DNA of 64,000 nucleotides, taken from IMG/VR virus record IMGVR_UViG_3300020433_000002, positions 20,506-84,505 of that record, one strand, 5' to 3'. The translations under genes were made by a program, and so were the position numbers. Below are positions 1 through 11,520 of the stretch, one piece after another. Positions within the stretch are counted from its first letter, which is position 1, and every line of letters begins with the position of its first letter. The notes under the pieces were generated by a model. The model saw nothing but the letters and a program-made list of their open reading frames with translations. It was not told where the DNA came from and ran no database searches. This stretch comes from a virus.

Positions 1-2
1 AT

Positions 3-3000
3 AATTGTTATAATGTTGCTATTGGATATCATGCTGGTTGTAAGATAGGAAATAGTTCTTCTCAGGGTGATGATAACGTTTTCTTAGGTAGAGAAGCAGG
101 TGTAAACGTTGATGCAGGTATAGCTAATATCCACATAGGTTACTTTGCAGGATGTCAGAATCAAAGTGGCCATAATAATGTGGCAGTTGGTAAGCAATCA
201 CTTAGATCACTCGCAACAGGCAATAATAACGTAGCACTTGGTAATCAGGCAGGATGTCTGTCTCAGGCTCAAGGCAATACCTTCTTGGGATCTTATGCTG
301 GTAGAAATTTAGTCTCTGGATGTTGTAATATTGTTATTGGTTGTGGAGCTCAAGTTCCACTTCCAAATGAAGATAAGCAATTAGCAATTGGTATTGCTGA
401 TAATAATTGGATCTACGGTAATGCTAACTGGAATGTTGGTATTGGAACAAATGATCCAGATGCTCCTGTTGGTGCTGGAGTTACTGCTAAGTTATCGGTT
501 GGTATTGTATCTGCCTTTGCTTACTATGGTGATGGTTCTAATTTAACTGGTCTTGTTGCTAGTGGACAAGGTATTCAAATTAGAGATAATGATTCTTTGA
601 TTGGTACTGCTGGAACAATAAACTTTTCTACAAACTTATCTGTCTCTGCTATTTCTGGTGCTGCTGTTACTATAACCAGTCAAGGATTATGGACTGCAGA
701 CGTACAAGAAAATTTATTTGCAGGAACTTGTGCAGGATATAATAGAGACGCAGATACCTGTTTCAATATTGGTATAGGTCAAAGTGCAGGTTACGCATTA
801 AATGAAGGTGATGAGAATATCTTTATAGGTAGATGTTCAGGTACAAAAGCAACCGCAGCTAGCAATAATGTTTTCTTAGGATCACTCACTGGTGAATGGG
901 GTTTCATTGGTGAAGATAACGTTTATGCAGGAACTGCTGCTGGTAGATGTAAACAGGGTGGTAGTGAAAACGTTGCACTAGGCCCATTTGCATTACTAGG
1001 TTCTTCAATACCAGGTCAGAACCAAGGTAATAGTAATATTGCTATTGGAATGAGAGCAGGTGCACTAGCACAAAATGGTAGTTGTAATGTTTTGATAGGT
1101 AGAGATGCAGGTATCTGCATAGCCAATGGAAATGAGAACGTTGCAATCGGCCGTTCAGCAATGGGTAGTCAGGCTATTTCCAGTGATCATAATATTGCAA
1201 TTGGTTGTTTGGCTGGTATTAACATTACTAGCGGTAATAATAATATATTCTTGGGAAGACAGTCGGGTGGTCAAAATTCTGGTGGACTTACTCTTACTGG
1301 TTCTTATAACGTAGCACTTGGTCGTGAAGCAGGATGTAACTTACAAGGTAGTACTGATGGTAACGTTTTTGTAGGAGGTTATGCAGGTAAGGTAAACAGC
1401 ACTGGTGATTTTAATATTGCACTTGGTTATAATGCGGGAAGTAATCATAGTACGGGTAATAAAAATATATCAATTGGATGTAACGTACATGTACCTCAGG
1501 ATGCAGATACACAATTAGCAATTGGTATGGGTGCCACTCATTGGCTTACTGGTGATAATCAATTTAACTTAACTCTTGCTGGACTTTCAACTGCAAAAAC
1601 TGATGGAACATTCCAAACTAACCAATTAATGGTAGGTGGTAACGTTGCTTCTGGTATTGCTACCTTTACTGGTTTATCGAATGTTCTGACTATTAATTCT
1701 ACATCATCAAATCCTGCAGCATTATTCCAACAGAGTGGTACTACCAAAGGAAGTATAGAAGCAAGATCTGATGGTATTAGATTACAAACCTCAGCTGATA
1801 ACAGAACAATTATTGCAGCTAATACTAGTGGTGGTACTGCTGGTCTTGTAGAAGTTGAAACTTGGATAAATGGTTCAGGTAATTTAGTTAATAGTTTTGA
1901 AGTTACTGGTTTTGGTACTGTTACTGCTAAACATCAAGATAATGTAAGACTTAGAACTACTCTAGAGGGTATTGAACTTGCTGGTATAGTTACAGGTATT
2001 TCAACTATTAATTCAGGAATCGTAACTTACTATGGTGATGGTTCAAAACTACAAGGTGTTGCAGGTGGTCTTAATGTTCAGGATGAAGGTACTCCATTAG
2101 CAACACAAGCAACCACTCTTAACTTTGAAGGTGCTGGTGTTGTTGCATCTGGTACTGGTGCAACTAAAACTATTACTATTTCTGGTGGTGGTGGAACTGC
2201 TGCTTGGTCTCCTGATGATGATCAAAACTTATATGCTGGTACTAGAGCTGGTAGATGTTTAGATGGTACTAATGCTTGCTACAACGTCATGCTTGGTTGC
2301 AATGCTGGTCAAGCAACTGATTCTGGTGCTGAGAATATATTTGTAGGTAGGGGTGCAGGTTTTGGTAACGAAGGTGGTGATTATAATATTTTCCTAGGCT
2401 CTTATGCAGGTAAATGCAATACTACTGGCTATGGTAACGTATTGTTTGGTAAAGAAGTTGGATTCTGTTTAACTACAGGTATTCATAACTTCTATGCACT
2501 AGAAAGAGCAGGTAGTAACGCTTATCAAGGTTGCGATAACATTGCAATAGGTAGGTGTGCTGGTTATGAAATGATGGCCAATGATAACATTCTCTTAGGC
2601 CGAAATGCTGGTAGAGGACAAGTCTTTGGTAGTCGAAACGTTATCATCGGTATGGATGCTGGTAGATGTGGTGACGCTGGTGATAATAATGTAATGATTG
2701 GTTGCAATGCAGGTCGTTGTAACCAAGGAACAGGTAACGTATTCTTAGGCCATAATACTGGTTCTGCTGTTACTAGTGCTAGTGGTAACGTTGTTATTGG
2801 TTGCAATGTATCACTTGCATCTTCTGTTCAGGATCATCAACTAGCAATTGGTGTTGGTAATACAAACTGGATCACTGGTATTGAGAACTACAACCTCGGT
2901 ATCGGAAGTGATAGACCAAGAACTGCTCTTGATGTTGCTGGAACGGTAGCAACAAGAACGTTCTTCCAGAATGAAGTTGAATTGCGTACTAGTGAAACCT

Positions 3001-3119
3001 TCCCTAAAGAAGGTGGCCCAGTAAATGGAGGTGTATTTGGCCCATACACTATCGGAACTGGTGCTTGTCTTACTATTGGGCCTGGGTCTACATTTACTAT
3101 CATTGGAATACCTGAATAA
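3..3119 (+). CDS. Tail fibre-like protein with Cys/Gly-rich ~14-aa repeats (5'-truncated)
   Basis: Frame is open from position 3 (NCYNVAIGYHAG...), so the real start lies before the window. Dozens of N-x-x-(L/I)G-x-x-AG repeats; GIGT and YYGDGS motifs typical of cyanophage fibres. Confidence 0.75.
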   Translation, partial: NCYNVAIGYHAGCKIGNSSSQGDDNVFLGREAGVNVDAGIANIHIGYFAGCQNQSGHNNVAVGKQSLRSLATGNNNVALGNQAGCLSQAQGNTFLGSYAGRNLVSGCCNIVIGCGAQVPLPNEDKQLAIGIADNNWIYGNANWNVGIGTNDPDAPVGAGVTAKLSVGIVSAFAYYGDGSNLTGLVASGQGIQIRDNDSLIGTAGTINFSTNLSVSAISGAAVTITSQGLWTADVQENLFAGTCAGYNRDADTCFNIGIGQSAGYALNEGDENIFIGRCSGTKATAASNNVFLGSLTGEWGFIGEDNVYAGTAAGRCKQGGSENVALGPFALLGSSIPGQNQGNSNIAIGMRAGALAQNGSCNVLIGRDAGICIANGNENVAIGRSAMGSQAISSDHNIAIGCLAGINITSGNNNIFLGRQSGGQNSGGLTLTGSYNVALGREAGCNLQGSTDGNVFVGGYAGKVNSTGDFNIALGYNAGSNHSTGNKNISIGCNVHVPQDADTQLAIGMGATHWLTGDNQFNLTLAGLSTAKTDGTFQTNQLMVGGNVASGIATFTGLSNVLTINSTSSNPAALFQQSGTTKGSIEARSDGIRLQTSADNRTIIAANTSGGTAGLVEVETWINGSGNLVNSFEVTGFGTVTAKHQDNVRLRTTLEGIELAGIVTGISTINSGIVTYYGDGSKLQGVAGGLNVQDEGTPLATQATTLNFEGAGVVASGTGATKTITISGGGGTAAWSPDDDQNLYAGTRAGRCLDGTNACYNVMLGCNAGQATDSGAENIFVGRGAGFGNEGGDYNIFLGSYAGKCNTTGYGNVLFGKEVGFCLTTGIHNFYALERAGSNAYQGCDNIAIGRCAGYEMMANDNILLGRNAGRGQVFGSRNVIIGMDAGRCGDAGDNNVMIGCNAGRCNQGTGNVFLGHNTGSAVTSASGNVVIGCNVSLASSVQDHQLAIGVGNTNWITGIENYNLGIGSDRPRTALDVAGTVATRTFFQNEVELRTSETFPKEGGPVNGGVFGPYTIGTGACLTIGPGSTFTIIGIPE

Positions 3120-3143
3120 ATAATAAAACAATTGAAATAGATT

Positions 3144-3683
3144 ATGAGTACTTTAGTTCTTAAGGGAGACATCTCTGGGTTCACAAAATTGCAGGCCCAA
3201 GATCAAGCATCATGTAAGATATTGAAATTACCTAATACAGGTAGCTTTAAATGGGAAAGTTACGCAATAGTATTGGATAAAAAAAATTCTGGTACTACTA
3301 GTGGTACTTTCACTAGAGGTTCTTGGGAAACAAGAGATTTGATTACAAAGACAGATATAGATAATATTATATCTCTCTCTAATAATCAATTTACATTAGG
3401 TGCAGGTAGATATTTAATTAAATGGTCAGCACCTGTATATAATGTAGATGGTCATCAAACTAGATTAAGAAACATGAGTGACCTGACTACAGACATTATT
3501 GGTTCTTCAGAATCTGATAACTCAAGATCTTTTGGTGCTGGTGTTGTAACTATTCTTGAAAATAAAACTTTTGAGATACAACACAGATCAGAAACTACTG
3601 TAACTGATAATGGATTTGGTTTTAATTTAGATTTTGGTGAGGATAATATTTTCACCGTGGTTGAAGTATATAAAGAGTCGTGA
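3144..3683 (+). CDS. Hypothetical fibre-associated protein
   Basis: 179-aa beta-rich ORF between structural genes. Confidence 0.55.
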   Translation: MSTLVLKGDISGFTKLQAQDQASCKILKLPNTGSFKWESYAIVLDKKNSGTTSGTFTRGSWETRDLITKTDIDNIISLSNNQFTLGAGRYLIKWSAPVYNVDGHQTRLRNMSDLTTDIIGSSESDNSRSFGAGVVTILENKTFEIQHRSETTVTDNGFGFNLDFGEDNIFTVVEVYKES

Positions 3684-3741
3684 ATGATGCAGTTTCTAAA
3701 ACCAATAAATAGTAAAAACTGGTTAAATCTAACCACTATTG

Positions 3742-3749
3742 TATAAATA
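3742..3749 (+). promoter_or_regulatory. T4-type late promoter TATAAATA
   Basis: Exact gp55 consensus about 20 nt before ATG 3770. Confidence 0.7.
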
Positions 3750-3769
3750 GACAAAGGTATTCAGAGAAT

Positions 3770-4174
3770 ATGGGAGTTCTAAACGCAGATAGAGTTAACG
3801 CTGGTATTTTCAGTGGTGACGGTTCCCTACTGTCTAATGTAACAGCAGTTGGAACTGGACTAGCGGTAGAAAATAGTGGTGTATTAGTTGGAACTGCACT
3901 TACACTTGACTTCAATACAGGTGTTGACGTTCAATTTAGTGGTGGTATTGCTACTATTACTAGTCAGGCAGCAACTTGGCAGGGTAACCAAAGTGGTACG
4001 TTCACCTTAAATTCAGTTGGTATTGGTACAACCAACGCACAATCAGTCGCAGGTGTTGCAAATACGTCACAACTAACTGTGGGTATTGTCTCATGCTATC
4101 AAATTTTTGAAGACTCACAACGTCTTGCAAAAGAAGCAAATGTTATAGTTTATGCTGTAGCACTGGGTGGCTAA
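3770..4174 (+). CDS. Small virion/fibre protein
   Basis: FSGDGSLLSNV...TLDFN...TITSQ and VGIGTT motifs shared with the first fibre ORF. Confidence 0.6.
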   Translation: MGVLNADRVNAGIFSGDGSLLSNVTAVGTGLAVENSGVLVGTALTLDFNTGVDVQFSGGIATITSQAATWQGNQSGTFTLNSVGIGTTNAQSVAGVANTSQLTVGIVSCYQIFEDSQRLAKEANVIVYAVALGG

Positions 4175-4180
4175 TCCATC

Positions 4181-4188
4181 TATAAATA
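4181..4188 (+). promoter_or_regulatory. T4-type late promoter TATAAATA
   Basis: Exact consensus upstream of ATG 4216. Confidence 0.7.
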
Positions 4189-4215
4189 AAACAAGGACAG
4201 GGGTATCTGTAAGAA

Positions 4216-7200
4216 ATGGCAAAACATCTAATTTATAACTATACTTTCACACCAGGCACTAGTCTGAATGGTACGATAGTTGTTGAAGGTAATTATCCTG
4301 TTAGAACTTGGCAGTTAGTTACAAATACAGGAACAGCAGGTGATTATAATCATACTTTCGTAAGAGACGACCTTGCTTCTACTACGGGTGCGATTGATAT
4401 TATAAGTGGAGGTAGCGGAGGTAACCTTACAGTTGCTGAATCAGGTACAAGTTATGATCCTATTTCAGGTATCATGACTGTGACTACAACTACTAGCCAT
4501 GGTCTAGTTAATGGTGATACTATACAATTCCGTCAAGATTCACTTATCTTTACTTGTGAGAAGGACGGAAACAACGCAGAGAAATCATATCCAAGAACAA
4601 CTGACCCTACTTTTGGCCAGAATATAGTAATTACTAAAGTTGATGCTGATACATTTACTTGTTTTGTATCTGATGCGTCAACAGATAACGAAATAATATA
4701 TAACTTCTCTGATAAGACTTTATCTGGATCAACATATTATAATAGTGTACTTGATACAACTACAATGACGTTGCTTGCGGATACATCCGATATGGATTAC
4801 CGTGATGAACTACAGATCTTTGTAGATAAACAACATTCAGAGATAGAATTTTCAGAAACTTTTATTGACCCTGTAAGTAAATTAAGAGTTTCTAATCCAC
4901 AAAACTTAATTGATACCGACTTTGAGTATGGACTACAACCAACAAAGTGGGAGACTATAGAGCTTGTAAATCAGGTTCCATCATTCTATTCTAATTCATC
5001 AGACTACTCTATTGCAGACGTTACTTCTGTTGAAACTTTCCAAGATAGTACAAACGTCACTGTAAATACTATTGCTGATCATGGATTAGTGGTTGGTGCA
5101 CCTATTGATGTTCAAGGTCTTTCTTCTAGAACAGCAGAAGGAAAGTATCTTATAACAGCAGTTCCTTCTGATAACTCATTCGTTTATAGAGCAACAAAAA
5201 AACAAGAAAAAACAGGAAGAATTGATGGTAGTTATACTGTTATTACACCAGGTCAGTTCTATAATGGATCTGAAATTCAATATAACGAAGAGATTGGAAT
5301 TGAAACAGATGGTGCTGAACCATCCACACTAAAATTATTCACCAATTATGTTCATGGATTTGTTGCAGGTTCTAGTTTATACTTTACTAATACTATTGGA
5401 TCTCTAAAATATACAATAGAAGAGACTGCAACTGATATTGCTCCTGATGGTAGACCTTATGTTGATTTCTCAAACACAGCAACTGTAAACTTTAACCCAG
5501 ATATTTCACAGACAGAAACAAGAGTAAAGAGATCTACTTATACTAGGAAATTTAAGACTGGTGATGTTGATACTGCTAATAATGCAATTTCATGGCCAAA
5601 TCATAGATTAAGACAGGGTGATGCTGTTCTTTATTCTCCTCCTGCAGGAGACGCAGCAGTTGGTGGACTACAAAGATTCCAAATTTATTACATTAAAGAT
5701 TCTTCTAATCCAAATGCTGTTACCTTATGTGAAACTACAAACGGACAGTTTAATAATAACGCAGAAATTAATATAACAAGTGCAGGTACCTCTTCTTATG
5801 GATACCATGCCTTGATGTTATGTTATGAAATGGGTAGGGTCTATAGTTATTCTGGATATCAAACTAGAATATACAGTAGAAGATATTACTTTGGTAGTGG
5901 TTCTGGTTGGGATTTAACCAACTACAGCATAGGTTATAATAGCGGTAGATGGGTCGGTATTGGTGGCCAACGTCCTGGTTATATTATGATGATGGATAAG
6001 AAGACATCTACAGAACTTAATTATAACTCATTTAAAGATCCTATTTATTCTACACGTTCTAACTCAAACTTTACCTTCAATAAAGGTGGAACTGTACCTG
6101 ATGGATATGAATTCACAGAAGACTGGCAGAGATGGGATCAATATTCTACTACAGGAGATGGTACTGAGAACCAAGTATATGCTACTTATGGTAGAGCAAT
6201 TGTCTATCAGGCACATGACTATAGAAGTAGTTACAGCAACCAGTATGGTGGAAACTACAGTAGTGGTGGTAGATGGTTCTGGATGTATCTAACAGATGAT
6301 GGTGAAGCAGATTCATTCTTCTTTGCTAACCATGGTTTAGAAGATCAAAGTAGTTTGACTGTTACTGTAGGTTCTGGTGCATCTATTAGGTATAGAACTG
6401 ATGCTGGTACTACTTATAATACAACACCTGAATTTGGATACATTGGTTCTGGAACAACTCATAGTATTACTGTTGTTGGTGATGATAGATTCAAAATTAA
6501 TACTGCATTAAGATTAAGCAGTGCTTCAGGAAGTTACACATTTGCTGGTGAGGGTAATAACCCACTTAAGAACTCTTTCTACATTAATGACTCAAGAATA
6601 ACCAACAGACAAATGGGAACTATTGGTGTTGGTGTTGGTGGTTCTATTCCTACTTCACTATCTGGCCCTGTTGTACCAACTGTTGAAACTATTGATGTTG
6701 TTCATGAATCAGTGAAGGCCAAGATGGATGTTGTTAGAGGTCAAACTGGTGGTGATGCTATCAGAATGCTTTATGATAGTAGTAATAATAATGGATATGC
6801 ACCATTCCAAAGTTGGAATAGTAATGTAGATGGTGGTTATCAGTATGTCTCACACTACAGATATAATATGTACATATATCTGATGAATACTTCTGGATCT
6901 ACAAATAGTTACTACAGTGGAAATTTGAGTAGTAAACCAAAGTTTGGAACTGGTACCAGACAAGATTTATTCTCAACAACAGGTCTTGCTGGTTTGGGAT
7001 TTGATATGATTGAGACACCATATACCAATAATACATATACAAATTACTGGTATAGTATTAAACAATTCCCTGATCTAAGCAATATTGGTTTGACTGTTAA
7101 TGGATTACCTGTTAACAGAGCTAGATGGGACTGGTCTAGTTATTGGAGTTACTGTCAGGGTACTTATGGTCAAGTTAACTCTAACCAAAATGCTAACTAT

Positions 7201-10200
7201 ACCAATTATGATACATCAATTGGTAATGGTTGGAGATATAACTACGTAGCGAAGTACACATATGGTAGTAACTATAATGATTACATCCAGATGGCTTTGG
7301 TTATTGATAATAGCAACTGGCCTGGTTACTATAATAATATTAATGGAAGTCATTACTATACTCCTTGGTATAGTCTACAACCAAGAGATTACTGTTATGG
7401 TGGTCAGAGATATGTTATTGATATGGTATGGCCTCTTAATAGAAACACTACTAACAGTAAGTATGGCCCTTCAGGTAGTACACTTACTCATGCTCAGATA
7501 GCAAACACCATTGCAACAGGTATTGCAGCTAGTATGACCAGTACAGAATTAACTGCTGGTGTAGTTCAATTTGAACAACTCAATTCTGTTAGATTTGCAT
7601 TGAGAGATCCTAACGATACTCAGTATGATATTACCAATCCAGGTATGACTCCATTGGTATTCACTACATTAGAATCAACAGGTGGTGTTGACGGTTTCTA
7701 TGGTATTGATGTTGTTGGTGCTGGTGGTACTCAAATGCAATCCTTCTCCTCAGGATTAATTCCTAAGAGAGAAATTGGATTTACTTCTACTGCAGTTGAG
7801 GAATTGAGTAGTGTAATGTACATTAATCTTCCTAACCATAAGATGCAGAACAACCAAAGGTTTGTCTTTGGTACTGATGGAAGTGGAGTGGTACCAGGAT
7901 TAACTGGTGATTCTACTTACCATGCTCTTGTAAGTGGCCCAGATCACATACAGGTAGCAGATAGTCCAGACGGAGCACCAATTGGTATTGGAACAACAGA
8001 TGCTGGTAACTTTACATTAACGGTTCCATCGGTAGCAGGAATTTCATCTGCTGTTGGTACTGTTGCTATCTCAACTGTTTCCCCAACAATCACTGGAACA
8101 GACACACTATTCAGAAGATTCTTCAAGGCAGGTGACTCCTTTAAGGTTAATGATACAACCATATCACCACCAACATATACAGAATTTATTGTTGACTCGG
8201 TGATTGATGATACTAACTTAACCGTTACAACTCAACCAACATCTGGTATTACAACCACACAATATTATGTTACAACCAAGATTAACACTCGACCAGATGG
8301 TGCTTTCTTACACAGACCATTTGACGGTGGAGTTGAGATTGATGCTGGTACATCACCGAATAGTTCAATTGTAAGACAGACACGTAAGTATTTCCGTTAT
8401 CAGTCAGGTAAAGGTATTCAGTGTTCATTAGCGATTAACTTTAACCCATCCAGAGTAGCAACAGCACTCGTAAGTAGTGGAAACACTGCACTACCTAGTG
8501 AGGTGTACAGATTTAATCTTAATAATAATGAAGGAAACTCTTGGAACGTTTCTGGTGCTGCTAGAGATGGACAAATCTTTGGTGAAAACCCTCCAATCAA
8601 TATCGTTAAAGGAGATTACCTCACCTTTACTGTTAATGCACCAGGCCAACCTCTTTGGATTAAGACTGCTCCAAGCACTGGAGTAGGTAATTCTGTTGCT
8701 GCTGTTGGTAATGGTACTGATTCTGGTACAATTACATTACAGACAGATGGATTAGGTATCGGAACTTACTACTATCAAAGTGAAAACTCTGCTCCTATGG
8801 GTGGACTTATAAACATTGAGGCAGTTGGTTCAGCAACAACAATCGCTAAAGTAACTACCAAATATCCTCATGGTATAACCAGAGTTAACAAAGTAACAAT
8901 TAAAGGATCTGAAGATCAAGCATACAACGGAACTTTCCAAGTTAGAGCATCTACAGACTTTACCTTTAGATACTACATAACTGATGCTACTACAACTAGT
9001 GTTCCAAATGGTATTATTGAATATAATATTGACTCATGGCAAAATAGTAAGGTTCGTTGTGGACTATTTGATTATCAGAACGGAATGTTCTTCGAATTTG
9101 ATGGTGAAACCTTATGGGCAGTAAGAAGATCCTCAGTTCAACAGTTACCTGGTACTGGTGCTGTTACTAAAGGAAGTAACATTATGAATGGTACTGATAC
9201 TAACTTCACAGGTCAACTAGTTGTTGGTGATAAGATTGTAATCAGAGGTCAGAGTCATAGAGTTACTCATATTCCAGATAAGACTACACTTCATATGCAA
9301 CCATCATATCAAGGTGTTGATGCTGCTGATATTATTATCACGAAGACAATTGATGTTAGAATTCAACAAACTGAATGGAATATTGATAAGGCAGATGGTA
9401 CAGGGCCTTCAGGATTCTTATTAGATCTAACTAAGATTCAGATGTGCTACCTTGATTACTCTTGGTACGGTGCTGGTAAGATTAGATTTGGATTTAAAGA
9501 TACCTATGGTCACGTTAAGTACATGCATGAATTCCGTCACAACAACAGACTGGAAGAAGCATACATGAGAACTGGTAACATTGCTGGTAGATATGAGATT
9601 GAGAACGAAGGAATTCCAACTTATGTTCCATCACTGTTCCACTGGGGTACTTCAATCATTATGGATGGTAAGTTTGACGATGATAAAGCGTACTTATTTA
9701 CTGCTCCATCTAAGACACTAGTGTTTACAAACGGTGACTCTAACGCTGTTACTACAAACGGTAACTCTGCTCTAACATATAGAGGTGGTTACTATAGAGA
9801 TTACTATGTAAGAATTCCATTCAACCAAAGTGATCAGGGTAAGTTTAGTTCTGGTGCTGCACTTTATACCGCAGACTTAGCATTGAATGGTACAAATGCA
9901 ACACCTTATCCACACATTATAGATTACACTGACTTTAATGGTGGTAACTTCAACGTTTACATATACGTAGGATCATACTATCGCTGGCAGACACCTGGTA
10001 CATATCCATATGTTGCAAGCGGAACTGCAGTTAACGTTGGTGCTCCTGCATCTGGTGCTGCTGATGATGAACTAGTTAACAAGATTCCACTTGTAAGTAT
10101 CCGTCTTGCACCATCTGTTGATAACAACCTCACAGGTGCCTTAGGAGCAAGAGAAATTGTTAACAGAATGCAATTACAGATGAAGTCTTTGGGTATTACG

Positions 10201-10581
10201 TTGACTCATGACTGTACTGTTGACCTAATCTTGAATGGTGCAAGTAGTAACAGAACATTTAGTGATGTTGCATCTCCATCATTATCAGAACTGGTTCAAC
10301 ACTCTGCTGGTGATAAGATCGTTGGTGGATCAGTCATCTACTCCTTGAGAGCATCTGGTGGTGCTGAAGCAAGTGGTGGTAGAAGACTTCCTGCAACATC
10401 TGACTTCGACCTATCACAGATTACTGACTTAGGTAACTCTATATTAGGTGGAGATGGAACGTATCCAAACGGGCCTGACTTATTAACTATCGCTATTGTA
10501 CCTGTTGATACTGCATCTATTAACGCTGACTCACCATTAGAAGTATCCTCTAGGATATCATGGACAGAATCACAGGCATAG
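4216..10581 (+). CDS. Large virion structural protein (2121 aa)
   Basis: Late promoter; DPVSKLRVSNPQNLIDTDFEYGLQPTKWE and RQTRKYFRYQSGKG motifs recalled from cyanophage structural proteins; repeated HGL beta-domains; Tyr/Asn-rich central region. Confidence 0.75.
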   Translation: MAKHLIYNYTFTPGTSLNGTIVVEGNYPVRTWQLVTNTGTAGDYNHTFVRDDLASTTGAIDIISGGSGGNLTVAESGTSYDPISGIMTVTTTTSHGLVNGDTIQFRQDSLIFTCEKDGNNAEKSYPRTTDPTFGQNIVITKVDADTFTCFVSDASTDNEIIYNFSDKTLSGSTYYNSVLDTTTMTLLADTSDMDYRDELQIFVDKQHSEIEFSETFIDPVSKLRVSNPQNLIDTDFEYGLQPTKWETIELVNQVPSFYSNSSDYSIADVTSVETFQDSTNVTVNTIADHGLVVGAPIDVQGLSSRTAEGKYLITAVPSDNSFVYRATKKQEKTGRIDGSYTVITPGQFYNGSEIQYNEEIGIETDGAEPSTLKLFTNYVHGFVAGSSLYFTNTIGSLKYTIEETATDIAPDGRPYVDFSNTATVNFNPDISQTETRVKRSTYTRKFKTGDVDTANNAISWPNHRLRQGDAVLYSPPAGDAAVGGLQRFQIYYIKDSSNPNAVTLCETTNGQFNNNAEINITSAGTSSYGYHALMLCYEMGRVYSYSGYQTRIYSRRYYFGSGSGWDLTNYSIGYNSGRWVGIGGQRPGYIMMMDKKTSTELNYNSFKDPIYSTRSNSNFTFNKGGTVPDGYEFTEDWQRWDQYSTTGDGTENQVYATYGRAIVYQAHDYRSSYSNQYGGNYSSGGRWFWMYLTDDGEADSFFFANHGLEDQSSLTVTVGSGASIRYRTDAGTTYNTTPEFGYIGSGTTHSITVVGDDRFKINTALRLSSASGSYTFAGEGNNPLKNSFYINDSRITNRQMGTIGVGVGGSIPTSLSGPVVPTVETIDVVHESVKAKMDVVRGQTGGDAIRMLYDSSNNNGYAPFQSWNSNVDGGYQYVSHYRYNMYIYLMNTSGSTNSYYSGNLSSKPKFGTGTRQDLFSTTGLAGLGFDMIETPYTNNTYTNYWYSIKQFPDLSNIGLTVNGLPVNRARWDWSSYWSYCQGTYGQVNSNQNANYTNYDTSIGNGWRYNYVAKYTYGSNYNDYIQMALVIDNSNWPGYYNNINGSHYYTPWYSLQPRDYCYGGQRYVIDMVWPLNRNTTNSKYGPSGSTLTHAQIANTIATGIAASMTSTELTAGVVQFEQLNSVRFALRDPNDTQYDITNPGMTPLVFTTLESTGGVDGFYGIDVVGAGGTQMQSFSSGLIPKREIGFTSTAVEELSSVMYINLPNHKMQNNQRFVFGTDGSGVVPGLTGDSTYHALVSGPDHIQVADSPDGAPIGIGTTDAGNFTLTVPSVAGISSAVGTVAISTVSPTITGTDTLFRRFFKAGDSFKVNDTTISPPTYTEFIVDSVIDDTNLTVTTQPTSGITTTQYYVTTKINTRPDGAFLHRPFDGGVEIDAGTSPNSSIVRQTRKYFRYQSGKGIQCSLAINFNPSRVATALVSSGNTALPSEVYRFNLNNNEGNSWNVSGAARDGQIFGENPPINIVKGDYLTFTVNAPGQPLWIKTAPSTGVGNSVAAVGNGTDSGTITLQTDGLGIGTYYYQSENSAPMGGLINIEAVGSATTIAKVTTKYPHGITRVNKVTIKGSEDQAYNGTFQVRASTDFTFRYYITDATTTSVPNGIIEYNIDSWQNSKVRCGLFDYQNGMFFEFDGETLWAVRRSSVQQLPGTGAVTKGSNIMNGTDTNFTGQLVVGDKIVIRGQSHRVTHIPDKTTLHMQPSYQGVDAADIIITKTIDVRIQQTEWNIDKADGTGPSGFLLDLTKIQMCYLDYSWYGAGKIRFGFKDTYGHVKYMHEFRHNNRLEEAYMRTGNIAGRYEIENEGIPTYVPSLFHWGTSIIMDGKFDDDKAYLFTAPSKTLVFTNGDSNAVTTNGNSALTYRGGYYRDYYVRIPFNQSDQGKFSSGAALYTADLALNGTNATPYPHIIDYTDFNGGNFNVYIYVGSYYRWQTPGTYPYVASGTAVNVGAPASGAADDELVNKIPLVSIRLAPSVDNNLTGALGAREIVNRMQLQMKSLGITLTHDCTVDLILNGASSNRTFSDVASPSLSELVQHSAGDKIVGGSVIYSLRASGGAEASGGRRLPATSDFDLSQITDLGNSILGGDGTYPNGPDLLTIAIVPVDTASINADSPLEVSSRISWTESQA

Positions 10582-10630
10582 TGCTATAATAGTTCTAAGA
10601 GTTATCATGTAAAATTGAATTCTATATTAT

Positions 10631-11518
10631 ATGAATAAAAAATATTATTTTATGGGAGGGCTTCCACGTTCTGGAAGTACCCTCCTTTCTTCTATCTTAA
10701 ATCAGAATCCAAGATTTTACTCAGGCCCATCAAGTCCTGTGCTTAGTGCAATGTTCTCTGCTCATGATAGTTTTATGGGTAATGAACTATATCATGGGTA
10801 TCCAAAACCATATCAGGTCAATGAAATTGTTGGTTCAATTATAGAACATTGGTATAGTGATGTAGATAAACCAGTAATTATTGATAAGAATCGTGCGTGG
10901 ACATCTAATATTTCATACATTGAAGGATACTTGCACATAGAACCGAAGATAATTGTACCAGTAAGAAGAGTTGATGAGATATTAACATCCATACTTGAGA
11001 TGATTCATCGCAATCCTTTTAAAGAAGGACAACCAAGAATTAATTTTGTAGATGAATTTCTAGTAAAAAATAATATTCCTATCAATGATGAGGAACGTTG
11101 TAATCATCTTTTAAATCCTAGTGGTATTGTTTATGAGTCATTAAATGCTATCATGGAAGGGTTTAAGGCTCAAAAACGTGACAAATTTCACTTTATAGAC
11201 TATAATGATTTGGTAAACGATCCACAGAAAGAGTTGGATAGCATCTATGATTTCTTAGGTGAAGAATCATTCGAACATAGTTTTGATAATTTATCTAATG
11301 AATATAGGGAAGATGATCTTAATACATATGGTCTAACTGATATGCATGAAGTTCGTTCAAATATAGTAAAGACTTCTGATCATCCATCCAATATTCTTCC
11401 CCCTTCTATTATTGATCTATATAATAGAAATAGACAGAACTTAGAGTTTTGGACTGAACCTGAGGTTGTTAAAATTAATCCTCCCAAGGCACCTACATCA
11501 TATAATATCTTTTCATAA
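10631..11518 (+). CDS. Sulfotransferase family protein
   Basis: N-terminal PAPS-binding loop GLPRSGSTLLSSIL; IIDKNR motif. Confidence 0.85.
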   Translation: MNKKYYFMGGLPRSGSTLLSSILNQNPRFYSGPSSPVLSAMFSAHDSFMGNELYHGYPKPYQVNEIVGSIIEHWYSDVDKPVIIDKNRAWTSNISYIEGYLHIEPKIIVPVRRVDEILTSILEMIHRNPFKEGQPRINFVDEFLVKNNIPINDEERCNHLLNPSGIVYESLNAIMEGFKAQKRDKFHFIDYNDLVNDPQKELDSIYDFLGEESFEHSFDNLSNEYREDDLNTYGLTDMHEVRSNIVKTSDHPSNILPPSIIDLYNRNRQNLEFWTEPEVVKINPPKAPTSYNIFS

Positions 11519-11520
11519 TT

